A stretch of DNA of 63,645 nucleotides, the filler included, from Octopus bimaculoides (lineage: Eukaryota): assembly GCF_001194135.2 (NCBI RefSeq). It is 7 parts of 7 records of this genome, joined end to end, with 100 filler letters (N's around TTAATTAATTAA, not from the genome) between each part and the next. Parts side by side here need not be neighbours in the genome. Positions count along the whole stretch, not along the records: positions 50,456 to 53,645 come from NC_068996.1; positions 53,746 to 61,232 come from NC_068991.1; positions 61,333 to 63,645 come from NC_068993.1; 4 more parts are not named here. One strand, 5' to 3'. Made by a program: the position numbers and the translations under genes. The notes beneath the pieces were generated by a model that was not told where the DNA came from, did not search any database, and saw only the letters and a program-made list of their open reading frames with translations. Of the stretch, positions 51,847 through 62,834 are shown piece by piece. Numbering within the stretch: the stretch's first letter is position 1; each line of letters starts with the position of its first letter.

Positions 51847-52493
51847 ATATGTAATATTAAATATAAGTATCCATATATATGTATGTGTGTATGTATGTAT
51901 GTGTGTGAGTGTATAGCCATAACAAAATGAATATTTAGTTGAGAAAAGATACTGTTTGCCAATGTGAATATTTGTTAGTTAAAAGTGAGTGGAGGGGATG
52001 AGGAGATTTGTGATTTCAACATAAAAAAGAATAACAATTCTTAGGACATATTTTAGCTCCATAAAGACTAAGTCTTTTGAATGATATTTAAGATTACTTA
52101 TGGGAATAAGTACATATACACACATATTTACACACATACATTCCTGTATATTATGTATGTATTGGTAGAGGGAGAGAGAGAGAGAAAGAGAGAGAGAGAG
52201 AATAAAAAGAGAGAAAGAATAAAAGGAGAGAGAGAGAGAATAAAAAGAGAGAGAGAAAATAAAAAGAGAATGAGAGAAAGAGAGACACAGAGAGAGAGAC
52301 AGACAGACCGACATAGAAGCAGAAAGGGAGAGAGAGAGAGAGATATTCTAATGAAAAATGCCGTATATGCACTCTCAATTATATGTGTTTATATGTGTAT
52401 GTGTGTAAATATAGGTGTAAATACACACATATGCACACCACACACACACACACACACACACATGTATATAAAGTGCACAAAAATATATGTAGA

Positions 52494-52531
<38 letters not shown>

Positions 52532-52550
52532 GCATATACCTACGTATACA

Positions 52551-52585
<35 letters not shown>

Positions 52586-53596
52586 TTATTTATATATATT
52601 TATTTATTTATATATATATATATATGCTTAGCAAATATCCTCCTGAAACATGAGGGTTATGCTGTTAAATATTAATAAATTTAATTAATCATACATTCAG
52701 TTTTTAAGATACAACCCCACACACAAACACAAGCAAAACAAACACACACATACATACACATGTATGTATGTGTGTGTGTGATATACATAAACGTATCCAT
52801 ATATATGTGTGTATGTGTGCGTGTGTGTGTGTAAAATAAAATTTTTAAATGTATAATTGTTTATATATATGTATGAACATATGTATGTATATACTTATGC
52901 ATATATATATGCATATATATACGCACATATATATGTATATACATATATATATATATATACACACACACACGCAAATATATGTATATATATACATGCACAC
53001 ATATATATACACACACACACAAACATATATGTACAGGCATGTTTCGTGCCACCATAAGTCAAAATAAGGTGACGAGGTGAACGCATGATATGGATGGAAT
53101 GACCGCATTATTATGTAAGCTTAAACGGTGTCTTACTGATACTGTTTAAAACATCTAAAGTATTCTAATGAGTAAGTTATACATTCCTAAAATTCAAGCA
53201 AACCCATGAGTGATATATGTAGATAATGGAAACACGTGTACCTCATAGTCACATGCTAGCATGTTTGAAAATTGAGGTATTTTTCACTAAATATAGCCAA
53301 TGAATTATTTAATATTAATTAGTGCTCACACAAACATACATTTATACATATTTACATATATATATATGAAGACACGCCCACACATATATTACATATACAC
53401 ACACACATCACACATTGACTTACACTAAGACTTACACTAAGACGATATCTATACGCATAATCGAATGGAGTCACACAGTGACTCAAGGGTTAAGAGTTAC
53501 GCGTTTAAATCACTCTGTAACCTCTGCCGATTATAAATTAAATTTAAGAAAACTTATATATATTCATGTTTTGAGTCCCATTGTTTCCTGTATATC

Positions 53597-53645
<49 letters not shown>

Positions 53646-53689
53646 NNNNNNNNNNNNNNNNNNNNNNNNNNNNNNNNNNNNNNNNNNNN

Positions 53690-53701
53690 TTAATTAATTA
53701 A
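53690..53701. other. Artificial scaffolding spacer TTAATTAATTAA
   Basis: 44N+12+44N block. Confidence 0.95.
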
Positions 53702-53745
53702 NNNNNNNNNNNNNNNNNNNNNNNNNNNNNNNNNNNNNNNNNNNN

Positions 53746-53777
<32 letters not shown>

Positions 53778-53832
53778 TATAAATAAATATATATATATAT
53801 ATATAGATAGATAGATAAATAAATATAGATAG

Positions 53833-53863
<31 letters not shown>

Positions 53864-53877
53864 GATAGATATACATA

Positions 53878-54038
53878 TATGACAGATTTCTTTCAGTTTC
53901 CCTCTACCAAATCTTCTTACAAGGCTTTGGTTGATCTGAGGATATAGCAGGAGACACTAGCCCAAGGTGCCATGCTGTGGGACTGAACTCAGTACCATTT
54001 AATTGGGAAGCAAACTTCTTACCACACAGCCATGCCTG
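53878..54038 (-). mobile_element. SINE family B 5' half, CpG-decayed
   Basis: gacagatttctttcagtttcc.tctaccaaat..caaggctttggttgatctgagg..cccaaggtgccatgc.gtgggactgaactca..cttaccacacagcc. Confidence 0.85.
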
Positions 54039-54079
54039 CACAATATTGTATGATTACATAGTGATTCTCTCATTCTTTT

Positions 54080-54210
54080 TTACTCTAGGCACGGAGCCCA
54101 AAATTTTGAGGGAGGGGGTCAGTCGATTCGATTGACCCCATTACGCAGCTGGTACTTAATTTATCGACCCCGAAAGGATGAAAGGCAAAGTTGACCTCGG
54201 CTGAATTTGA
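54080..54210 (-). mobile_element. SINE family A 3' part (CpGs retained)
   Basis: tactctaggcac..ctggtacttaatttatcgaccccgaaaggatgaaaggcaaagttgacctcggc.gaatttgaa. Confidence 0.85.
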
Positions 54211-54439
54211 ATAGTGTTTCTTTCATTATTACTTTGATATGTACAAAGAAGTCTCGTCAGCTATATTTGGCATTATTTGTCATTGAGCAAATGTATTTTC
54301 CATACATCATAATTATTTCTGATAAGGATTTTTTTTTTATGCTGACTATATCAAATAAGTTATCACTCACTTCATTATTACTTGTCATGCTGATAGCACC
54401 TCTAAATAATCAATCTCAGTAACTTACTTTATTTTTAAA

Positions 54440-54540
54440 CAGGTGGTCAGAAGTTTAGGTTGACTCTTACTGAATGGCAACTTGGGCAAGTGTTTTCTAC
54501 TAAAGTCCCAGACCAACCAAACTGAAAGTAGCCCATTGTG

Positions 54541-54578
<38 letters not shown>

Positions 54579-54800
54579 CGCATGCATGCATGTGCGTGTA
54601 TTGTGTTTGTCTCCCACCACCAACTGACAACTGGTGTTATTTAGTCTATGCCCCTGTAACTGAGCAGTTCAACAAGAGAAACTGATAGAATAAGTGCTAA
54701 ACTTACAAATAAGTAATGAGGTCAATTTGTTTATCTAAACCCTTTAAGGCAGTACCCCAGCATGACCACAGTCCAATGACTGAAATAAGCAAAGATAACA
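54440..54800 (+). mobile_element. SINE family B, CpG-decayed
   Basis: cttgggcaagtgttttctacta..aactgaaag.agccc[TG]n..gatagaataagt..ggcagtaccccagcatgaccacagtccaatgactgaaa. Confidence 0.75.
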
Positions 54801-55270
54801 GACAAGATACTTAGACTTGGTTCTATATTAAACACTTAGCTATGATTGGTTTATCTGAAACTGAATTACTATGGTCTTGGGTCTTCTCATACTCTTTTCA
54901 GACCAGTATAGCTACCATGTAGTCTTTTAATTCCAAATAGACACCTTATAATAAACGGTCTATTATTTAAAAAATGCAGTGATGAACATTTGATAAATGT
55001 TGCCAGATTGATTATACCTTTCAGCACACAGCATGTTATTTTATTCATTTCGTGTCAGTGTGTTTGCATACACATATCACAGGATGTTATATGCTGTGAT
55101 AAGAAACTATGTAATTATTCACACAGTTTTTATACACAAGTCATAAGGTTACTTTTGGATCAGAGAAACAAAGATTTTGTCCTCATTTATGTTACATAGA
55201 CACATGTTACCTGTCATTCCAACTCTTGCAACAGTTATGATTTCTAGTTCATATTAATTCTTTACCATAA

Positions 55271-55482
55271 TGCAGCAAGCTGAGAAAATCATTAGCATGT
55301 GGAGAAAGTTGCTTAGTAGCATTTCATCTGTCCTTATATTCCGAGTTCAAATTCCACTGAGGTCAACTTTGCCTTTCATCCTTTCAGAGTCAATAAAATA
55401 AGTACCAGTTGAGCACTGGGGTCAATGTAATTGACTTATTCCCTCCCCAAAATTGCTGGCCTTGTGCCAAAATTTAAAATCA
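55271..55482 (+). mobile_element. SINE family A, full length, CpG-decayed
   Basis: gcagcaagctg..aatcattagcatg..gagttcaaattccactgaggtcaactttgcctttcatcctttcagagtcaataaaataagtaccagttgagcactggggtcaatgtaattgactt. Confidence 0.9.
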
Positions 55483-55485
55483 ATA

Positions 55486-55738
55486 TTAATTCTTAACTTC
55501 CTATTGGAAATTTTTTAAAGTTAAAGTTTCAATCCTATAATAACTCTGTTACAGAATAGAAATAAATTATAAAAATAGGAATCAGACTTTTCTCTCAGGT
55601 GTTAAAGAGTTTCTCCTCACTTTCTTCAAAATGAATGTAAATAAGGTTAGTATGATTTTTGTGATGTCATGCATTTCATAATTGATAGACCAAAGTAGTG
55701 TCATGTGACACTGTGTCATGCAGAAAGTTAAGAGTTAA
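55486..55738. mobile_element. Candidate TTAA-flanked non-autonomous DNA transposon (piggyBac-like MITE)
   Basis: TTAA-ttcttaacttcc ... gaaagttaagag-TTAA: short imperfect TIRs with a TTAA duplication. Confidence 0.45.
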
Positions 55739-55834
55739 TTGTTTGTATACTTCTAACAATGATACCAATGCTATGCACACGCACATGCTCTCTCATTCAC
55801 AGACACACGTAAACATGAGTGTGCCTTCAACATG

Positions 55835-56230
55835 CAACAAATAGCAGCTAAGTTTCCCTTAAATCAAATACCACTGTTGTAGAAATAGAGACATTGGATA
55901 ATGATATCTTAAGTTCTCTGCACATGGAAAAATGATTAGATGGTCATGGCTGGAATGTCTTTAGTCATGGATCCATTCAGTCAGAACTGATCTGGGGTTA
56001 AACAACAACAGTAATTACCACCACTGCTACACTTATAGATGTGCTTTATGTGGTTACATGACCTGCTATAAATAGCAGCCAAATCTCCCTCATTTCACAT
56101 ACTATTAGCTTATATAAAGACAGGGCACATTCGATACTGCAGTCCTACATATCACTAAAAAGATTGGATGGTCATAGCTAGAATGCCTGATTATCAGAGC
56201 TGATCTGGGCTAAACTGCAAGAACAACAAA
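55835..56230 (+). repeat. Two diverged tandem copies of a ~190-bp element ending in (AAC)n
   Basis: aaatagcagc.aa.t.tccct..gacacatt.gata..gatggtcat.gct.gaatg.ct..cag..ctgatctggg.taaac..caacaa at ~55835-56010 and ~56050-56230. Confidence 0.7.
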
Positions 56231-56499
56231 AGAAATATCCTTCTTTGGTCATCCAGAGATAGGTCCAAAGTGTCACATAGAAGGATTGATTCAAAGACCA
56301 CATAGTTAGGAAGCATGTCTCTTAACCACACATTCCTACCTATGCATATATATGTTTGTATATATATATCGAACTAAATTCGACGACTGGCACCCATGCT
56401 AACGTCATCTCCCTCATTGGACGCGAAACTCAGCTTGCGAAGACTTATTGGGGCAAGCAAAAGCGAAATTGTGATGGCACCTGTATAAGGTGATGGCAC

Positions 56500-57715
56500 C
56501 TGATATATATATATAAGGAAAATAAGGCACGGTAGAAAATGCTAAAATAATTTTATCATGAAGTACATCTTAGTACCAGTTTCCATCTTTTAGACTTTTT
56601 CAACTAAGAGTTAAATAAGAAAAACAATTAAGTAAGAGGAAAAAGATTAAGTGAAATGTTTTGTAGATATTTTCATAGTCTTTGAATAGGTAAATATTTC
56701 CATAGTTTTCAGACAGCATGTCTCTCTCTCTCTATTCCTTTGTGAATGCCTGGTAGGTAGGTAGGTAGTAAATTTGAAGGAATAGTTTGGGTACAGACAA
56801 TTGATGGTTTAAGCAGGAGCAGCCAAGGGAGAAGAAGTGGGAGAAGGAGGAGGAGGAAGAGATGAAAGAGGAAGAGAGCTAGGAGTAGGGAAAGAAGAGG
56901 AAGAAGGAGAAAGAAAAGAAAAATACAGGAGTACTATGCCACAGTAAATTGTTCCTGGACTCTTCTTTAACCTAAAAGTGACTTGTTGTGGTCGTAGCTG
57001 TAGTGGTTGGAAATGTTCTAAATTATTGTTGTAGTTCCATTTTTGGTGGCAGAATTCAAAAGAGGTTTATATTTTACAATAAAGTATGTTTCTTTGCTAA
57101 TGTGCTGACTATAAGCTGCATTGTCCCTGAATTTATAAAGGGGAAAGATTCTGAAGCTGGGTTGTTCGTTAGTGGCACAAATATCGATGTGCTTGCTTAA
57201 TCCTACTTTTCTATATTCTTGTATTTTGATCTGGGATCTATGTACTGTCATCCTCTGATGTAAACTGTTTTTGGTTTGACTAATATATTGTTCTTGACAC
57301 CCCGAGCAAGTTAATACATATATTAGGTTTTCTGAAGCAGATGTAAAGTTGTTTTCCTCTGTAAAACGTTGACCCTGTTTGAAAGAGAACTCCGATCCTT
57401 CAATTAGCTTGACACATATACCACAATTAGGTCATCCGCATTTTTTTTACTGTCGGTTTCGATGTTGTTGACTAGTGTACTTGGGCCTGTGTTAGAAGAC
57501 TTTTCATTGACTTGGGTTGTATTTTGTTCTTTATGATGATGTGTGTTTGGAGGATTCGATCCATTCTATGGTTCCTTTTTAGTAAAGGGATGTTCTGGAG
57601 GATGGTGTCGAAGGCCTCATTGTTAAGAGGGTTGTATGTGGAGATGTATGGTAGGGCTTTTGGTTGTAAATCCTTCTTTAGTTTGGGGTGTCTGAGTTCG
57701 TTGATGTTGAGTTGA
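56500..57715 (-). mobile_element. Penelope-like element remnant: RT-endonuclease linker plus GIY-YIG endonuclease (frameshifted) plus 3' region
   Basis: LPYISTYNPLNNEAFDTILQNIPLL..IQPKSMKSLLTQA / KPTVKKCG*PNCGICVKL..ENLIYVLTCS/CQEQYISQTKNSLHQRMTVHRSQI..LSKHIDIC..KETYFIVKYKPLLN; matches the PLE GIY-YIG layout (LIY..YIG-like, R..H). Confidence 0.88.
56568..56609 (-). ncRNA. Decayed Penelope-type minimal hammerhead in the 3' region of the PLE
   Basis: Minus: TCTTAG ttgaaaa a GTCT aaa AGAT g GAAAC tg GT A CTAAGA; perfect 6-bp stem I, core mutated from CUGANGA. Confidence 0.55.
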
Positions 57716-57803
57716 GTTATAGGGTACAATTGTGTGTATATATTATACACACACACTCATACATACACACAAACACACTACACACAAACATGCACGCACG
57801 CAT

Positions 57804-57846
<43 letters not shown>

Positions 57847-57864
57847 CAAACACACCGGTATGTA

Positions 57865-58075
57865 TATCTTCTATTTTTTATCTTTTGTCTTGTTTCAGAC
57901 AGTGGACAGCAAACATGCTGGGGAACCACCTTGAACAAATTGACCCCAGTACTTATTTTTTAAGCCTAGTACTTATTCAATCAGTCTCTTTTGCCAAACT
58001 GCTTAGTTGTGGAAACATAAACAAACCAACAGCAGTTGTCAAGTGGTGATAGGTGACAAACACATACCCAAAGAC
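57865..58075 (-). mobile_element. SINE family B 3' half, CpG-decayed
   Basis: ttgtttcag..catgctggggaaccacc..aaattgaccccagtacttatt..aagcctagtacttattc.atcagtctcttttgccaaactgct..gttgtcaagtggtg. Confidence 0.8.
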
Positions 58076-58119
58076 ACACATATAGATGTGTACGTATATA
58101 TACAAATATGTGTGTATGT

Positions 58120-58890
58120 CATCATCATCATCATTGTTTAACGTCTGCTTTCCATGCTGGCATGGGTTGGATGGTTTGACTGAGGGCTGGCAAGCCAGAA
58201 GGCTGCATCAAGGTCCAATCTGATCTGGCAAGGTTTCTACAGCTGGATGCCCCTTCCTAATGCCAACCACTCTGAGAGTGTAGTGGGTGCTTTTTATGTG
58301 CCACTGGTACAACGGCCAGTCAGTTTGAATGGTGCTTTTAACATGCTACCAGCATGGAAGCCAGTCAGGCAGCACTGGCAATGATCATGCTCGAATAGTG
58401 CTTTTTATGTGCCACTGGCACAGGACCAGTCAGGTGGTACTGGCATCGACCATATTTGAATGGTGCTTTTTACATGCCACCAGTACGGGTGCCAATCAGG
58501 CAGTACTGTCATTGACCACGACAATGATTTCACTTAACTCATCAGGTCTTCACAAGCACAGTTTATTGCCCAATGATTGAAGGGTATTCTTAAATGGGTT
58601 GGTTATGCTGACTGGCATAGGCCATGATTACGGTCTCACATTGCTTGTCGGGTCTTCTCAAGCACAGCATATCTCCAAAGGTCTTGGTCACTTGTCATTG
58701 CTTCCATGACGCCCAACGTTTGAAGATCATGCTTCACCACTTCATCCCAGGTCTTCCTGGGTCTACCTCTTCCACAGGTTCCCTTTACTGCTAGGGTGTG
58801 ACTCCTTTTCACACAGTTGTCCTCATCCATATGCAATACATGACCATACCAGTGCAGTCATCTCTCTTGCACACCACATCTGATGTTTCT
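58120..58890 (-). mobile_element. RTE-clade LINE 3' end (ORF C-terminus, internally repeated 3' UTR, (TGA)n tail)
   Basis: IRCGVQERRLHWYGHVLHMDEDNCVKRSHTLAVKGTCGRGRPRKTWDEVVKHDL..DQDLWRYAV; motifs RLxWYGHV and GRPRKTW; UTR gttggcattaggaaggggcatccag; tail tgatgatgatga. Confidence 0.9.
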
Positions 58891-58903
58891 TATGCTTACA
58901 CTC

Positions 58904-58947
<44 letters not shown>

Positions 58948-59012
58948 AGGGACAAAATCCAAAATTACAGGTAAAAACTCAATTATATATTATATATATT
59001 ATATATATATTC

Positions 59013-59375
59013 CCATCAGGAATCTCCTCTGAGATGCTTAAAATATCTGGTGGTGTGGGTTATGGTCTAGTCACCCGTATTGTAAATCAGGTGATTCATG
59101 AAGGAGTCATACCCAATGACTAGTGAGGCAGTTGCAAGAGAAATACATAGCCAAAGATAAACCTCTGTACTTGGCCTTTGTTGACTTGGAGAAAGCCTTT
59201 GACAGCGTCCCCCAATCTCTTATCTGGTGGTCAATACAGAAACTTGGGATAGACAAGTGCTTGGTGAGAGCTGTACAAGCTATGTACATGGATGCTACCA
59301 GTAAGGTGAGGGTTGGTAATGAGTACAGTGAAGAATTCAGGGTACAAGTAAGGGTTCACCAAGGAATGGTGCTCA
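59013..59375 (+). pseudogene. RTE-clade LINE reverse-transcriptase fragment with an internal deletion
   Basis: EMLKISGGVGYGLVTRIVNQVIHEGVIPND*/RQLQEKYIAKDKPLYLAFVDLEKAFDSVPQSLIWWSIQKLGI..SKVRVGNEYSEEFRVQVRVHQG; motifs FVDLEKAFD and GVHQG-like. Confidence 0.9.
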
Positions 59376-59377
59376 GG

Positions 59378-60172
59378 GATTAGATTTTGCAGAGATCAGA
59401 ATAAATGATAATTTGAAGATACAAGGTCATGTGGGTCTGGTGGGTGGGGTAGACATCCCATCCAAGCTGCAATAATTTCTGCCTGGTCTGCAAAGAAATA
59501 TGTGGTCTAGCGTCATCCTGATGTAAAACAACACCCTTCTGGTTGGTCAATTCTGGACATTTTTCATTAATTGCCTCCTTTTGTCTGTCTAATTGGGAGC
59601 AATAATATTCTGAATTTAACATCTGATTTTGTGGAAGTAGCTCATAATACACAATGCCCTTCCAATCCCACCAGATACAGAGCCTCACCTTCTTTGGATA
59701 CAGACCAGCTTTTGGAGAGATTGAAGGCAGTTCATTGCATTTTTCCCAAGACATTTTTCATTTTATGTTGCTGTAAATAATTCATTTCTCATCACACATG
59801 AACATTCTTTTCAAAAATGGATCATTTTTATTTCGTCTGAGCAGAGATTCCCAGATGGAAATGCACTCTATTAAGGTTTTCTTTTTTTCTGTTAAGTTAT
59901 GAGGCACCCAAACATCATAGCAATTCACATAATCAAGTGATTTTAAATGCTTTATAACACTCACACAAGATATGTGGAGAAGAACCTCCATGATGTTTCG
60001 TATTGTGTGACATGGATTATTTTTTATTAAAGTCTCAATTTGTTTATTATCAATGACTGAAGGTCTGCCAAAGTGTTCACAATCTTCCAGATCAAAATTT
60101 TCGGTTCTAAACCTAGTGAACCACTTCTGAACAGTACTTTCAGCTATGACACCATCTTCCCGTATATACATA
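59378..60172 (-). pseudogene. Mariner (Tc1/mariner, DD34D-type) transposase remnant, frameshifted, no TIRs seen
   Basis: TVQKWFTRFR.ENFDLED..HFGRPS..WVPHNLT..SLLRRNKNDPFLKRMFMCDEK / PKKVRLCIWWDWKGIVYYELLP..YCSQL..GVVLHQDDARPH..TRQKLLQLGWDV / PHPPDPHDLVSSNYHLF*SLQN (WVPHxL, DEK, HxDxARPH, decayed YSPDLAPSDYHLF). Confidence 0.95.
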
Positions 60173-60478
60173 TGTGGAAGTGTTGAAGAAGATGAAAGGG
60201 AAGAGACAGTTGATGGATACTATCAGAGAGAGACAGTGGAGATTTGTTGATCATTTTCTCAGAGAGGATGACAGAATGGAGTATTACATGGTGGAGACTG
60301 AGCTAGTGGGAAGGAGAGTGAGAGGAAGGAAGAGAATGAAGATGTTCGACTGGATGAAGAAGAGAATGAACGTGCTGTGTGAGAAAGACTTGGGTGATGT
60401 TGTGAAAGACAGAAATAAATGGAGGAGGAACAAGCCATGATTCGTTAAAGGCATGAATATGCCATGACACAAGAGAAG
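60172..60478 (+). pseudogene. RTE/RTE-X-like LINE ORF C-terminal fragment (second family)
   Basis: EVLKKMKGKRQLMDTIRERQWRFVDHFLREDDRMEYYMVETELVGRRVRGRKRMKMFDWM..DRNKWR; resembles RQLxFxGH..EGxRxRGR..DRxxWR. Confidence 0.7.
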
Positions 60479-61083
60479 AAGATATATATTTATTTGATAT
60501 TTTCGGTATATGTTGATTAGTGTGTTGAAGTGTTATTTACAAGTGTTTGCAACTCTTATTGAATAAAGATAATAGTAATTGAAAATTGTAGCAATGTTTC
60601 ATTCCCTAACTAAAAAGGTATATAACAACATGACAGTCAAAACTCAGGATCTTTAGCGAGACACAACTTTATGTGTGGATGTATCTGATGAAACCCAGAC
60701 TGCAAAATTGATACAACACAATATGTTGAACCAAGTCCTGCCCATAAGGGACAGTAGCAGGATGGGTTGAAACTACCGTTGTACAAAATAAAGATTAATA
60801 TCAAATCCATCTTCTCGTTACTTAAGAAATTATTATGATATATATACACATATTCTTTATTTGTGAATTAAGGCTACCATTGGTTTCATGTTAAGAAAAG
60901 TAAGAAAACATACTAGTGTCCTAACAATTTTTCAAGCCAACCACATGGAAAAAGCTGTCCTCCTCCATTTTGGAAAATAGTCTCACTTTGTTCATGTGAT
61001 TTCTCGTAAATTCGCATAAATAAAACAATGAATCAAGGGACATAGCTCTTGAGTAGGCATCTTTTGGATGTTTGTCTCCCTTG

Positions 61084-61220
61084 GGTTTGTCTTTTGAGCA
61101 AATTTTTTTGTAGTTAATTTGTTTGCATTATTTTGCATTCTTTGCCCAGAACAAAAACAAATAATGAAAAATAATGCAAACAAATTAACCACAAAAAAAT
61201 TTTACCCAAAAGACAAATCC
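61084..61220. mobile_element. ~135-bp foldback (MITE-like) element
   Basis: ggtttgtcttttgagcaaatttttttgtagttaatttgtttgcattatttt.catt is inverted relative to aatg.aaaataatgcaaacaaattaaccacaaaaaaattttacccaaaagacaaatcc. Confidence 0.8.
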
Positions 61221-61276
61221 GATTGCAAATTTNNNNNNNNNNNNNNNNNNNNNNNNNNNNNNNNNNNNNNNNNNNN

Positions 61277-61288
61277 TTAATTAATTAA
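61277..61288. other. Artificial scaffolding spacer TTAATTAATTAA
   Basis: 44N+12+44N block. Confidence 0.95.
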
Positions 61289-62134
61289 NNNNNNNNNNNN
61301 NNNNNNNNNNNNNNNNNNNNNNNNNNNNNNNNTGTATAATATTATGATGGATAATATATATTTTTATGAGAAAAAATGGATGAATGTTTTTAACGATTAT
61401 GACACCAGGTTTTAGAAATATGGCATTTAAAACATGAGCTTGTCTCTTACAGTATGTTACAACGTATTTGTTGTACCAGCATTGGTCCTAGCATTTGGGA
61501 TACATGTCGGGATTGTAAAGGAGGCCCGCTGCTAATAACAGCAACATCCTGACATCAAACGGAAGCCAGGCAATCGACAGACTTTATCTCAGAAGGTGAC
61601 GCAAAGAAAGAGCTTAATAGCAGTCCAGACGGTTCAGACAACGTTTGTGTGTCGTATGCCGTCACTCAGGCAATAGCTGATAAATAACTGCAACAACAAC
61701 AATAATAACAGCAGCAATAATACATCAATTAAGTAAAGAGAGCAACATCTTGTGAATCGGAAGTGAACTCTTTCTAGAAACATTTAATAAGCGATTATGT
61801 CCAGCAGTTCAAAGACTGCTGCGGGGATATAATTTAGAAGAGACATAAAAGAAAAAGCCCTGTATTTTAAGATAAGGTTATGCTAGGCCTTTTGGCTTTA
61901 AGCTGTGAACTTGAGAATGAGGTGAGCATGAACTCAAAGTGTGGCTGTATCCTTTTTATTAGGATATATTTTCGAAATGAGCAGCAAGCGATAGCTACAT
62001 CTAATGAAATAGACAGAAGCGATAAATGTGCATAAAAGGCCTCCATCAGTCACAACTGATTATATATCTGTACTTGGAAATTTTCTCTGTTGGGTGAATT
62101 CTCGGGCAAATTTTTTAAAGAATTTTACTGTAGG

Positions 62135-62535
62135 CTCAGGCATGATACAGGCGCTTTGCAACAACATAGTTCCAGGTTCAGCTACACTGCGCAGTACATT
62201 GGGCAAGTATCTTCTTCTATTGTCTCGAGTCAACAAATGTCTTGTGAAAAAATTTGGTAGACAAAAGCTATGTGGAAGCCCGTTATAATATGTGTGTGTG
62301 TGTGTGTATTTGTGTGTTTGTGTGTTTATGAGTGTGTATCTTTGTGCTAGTGCTTTTCTCCTAATACCGCTTGACAGCTGGTGTTGGTTTATTTACGTCC
62401 CCGTAAACAGTGCTTCGGTAAAAGAGATCGATAGAATAATTACCAGACTTGAAAAAAAAAAAAAAAAAAAAAAAGCCCTGAGGCGGTGCCCCAGCATGGT
62501 CACTGTTCAATGACTGAAACAAGTAAAAGCTAAAG
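62135..62535 (+). mobile_element. SINE family B, diverged, CpGs retained
   Basis: catagttccaggttca..ctgcgcagtacattgggcaagtatcttc..tttggtagac..gaagcccgt[TG]n..tttacgtccccgtaa..gagatcgatagaata..ggcggtgccccagcatggtc..aatgactgaaacaagtaaaag. Confidence 0.85.
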
Positions 62536-62834
62536 ACAGAGTACATCGACCGATACAGTTTGGTATCAGTTTAGTCGTTGGAAGCGAAATCAGACATAAA
62601 GAACATAAAGACCCATAGCAAAACACACCAAAGTATTTTGTTCAACGTTCTTACAATTCTACTGGTTCCTCTCCTTGACAGTAATATATTTTATCGATCA
62701 TGGAAGAATGAAAGTAAAGTTCATCTCGGCGAGAAATGAGCTCAGAACGAAAGAACTGAAGAACGTGCTACAAGACATTTTGTCCTTACTTTAATGATCG
62801 TCCAATCCAGCGCATGGAACACCGACAACTAAAC

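Noticed and set aside
58505-58550. Minus-strand CTGATGA-gttaagt-GAAA
   Set aside because: Stem II cannot form and there is no valid NUH site; it lies within the RTE 3' UTR
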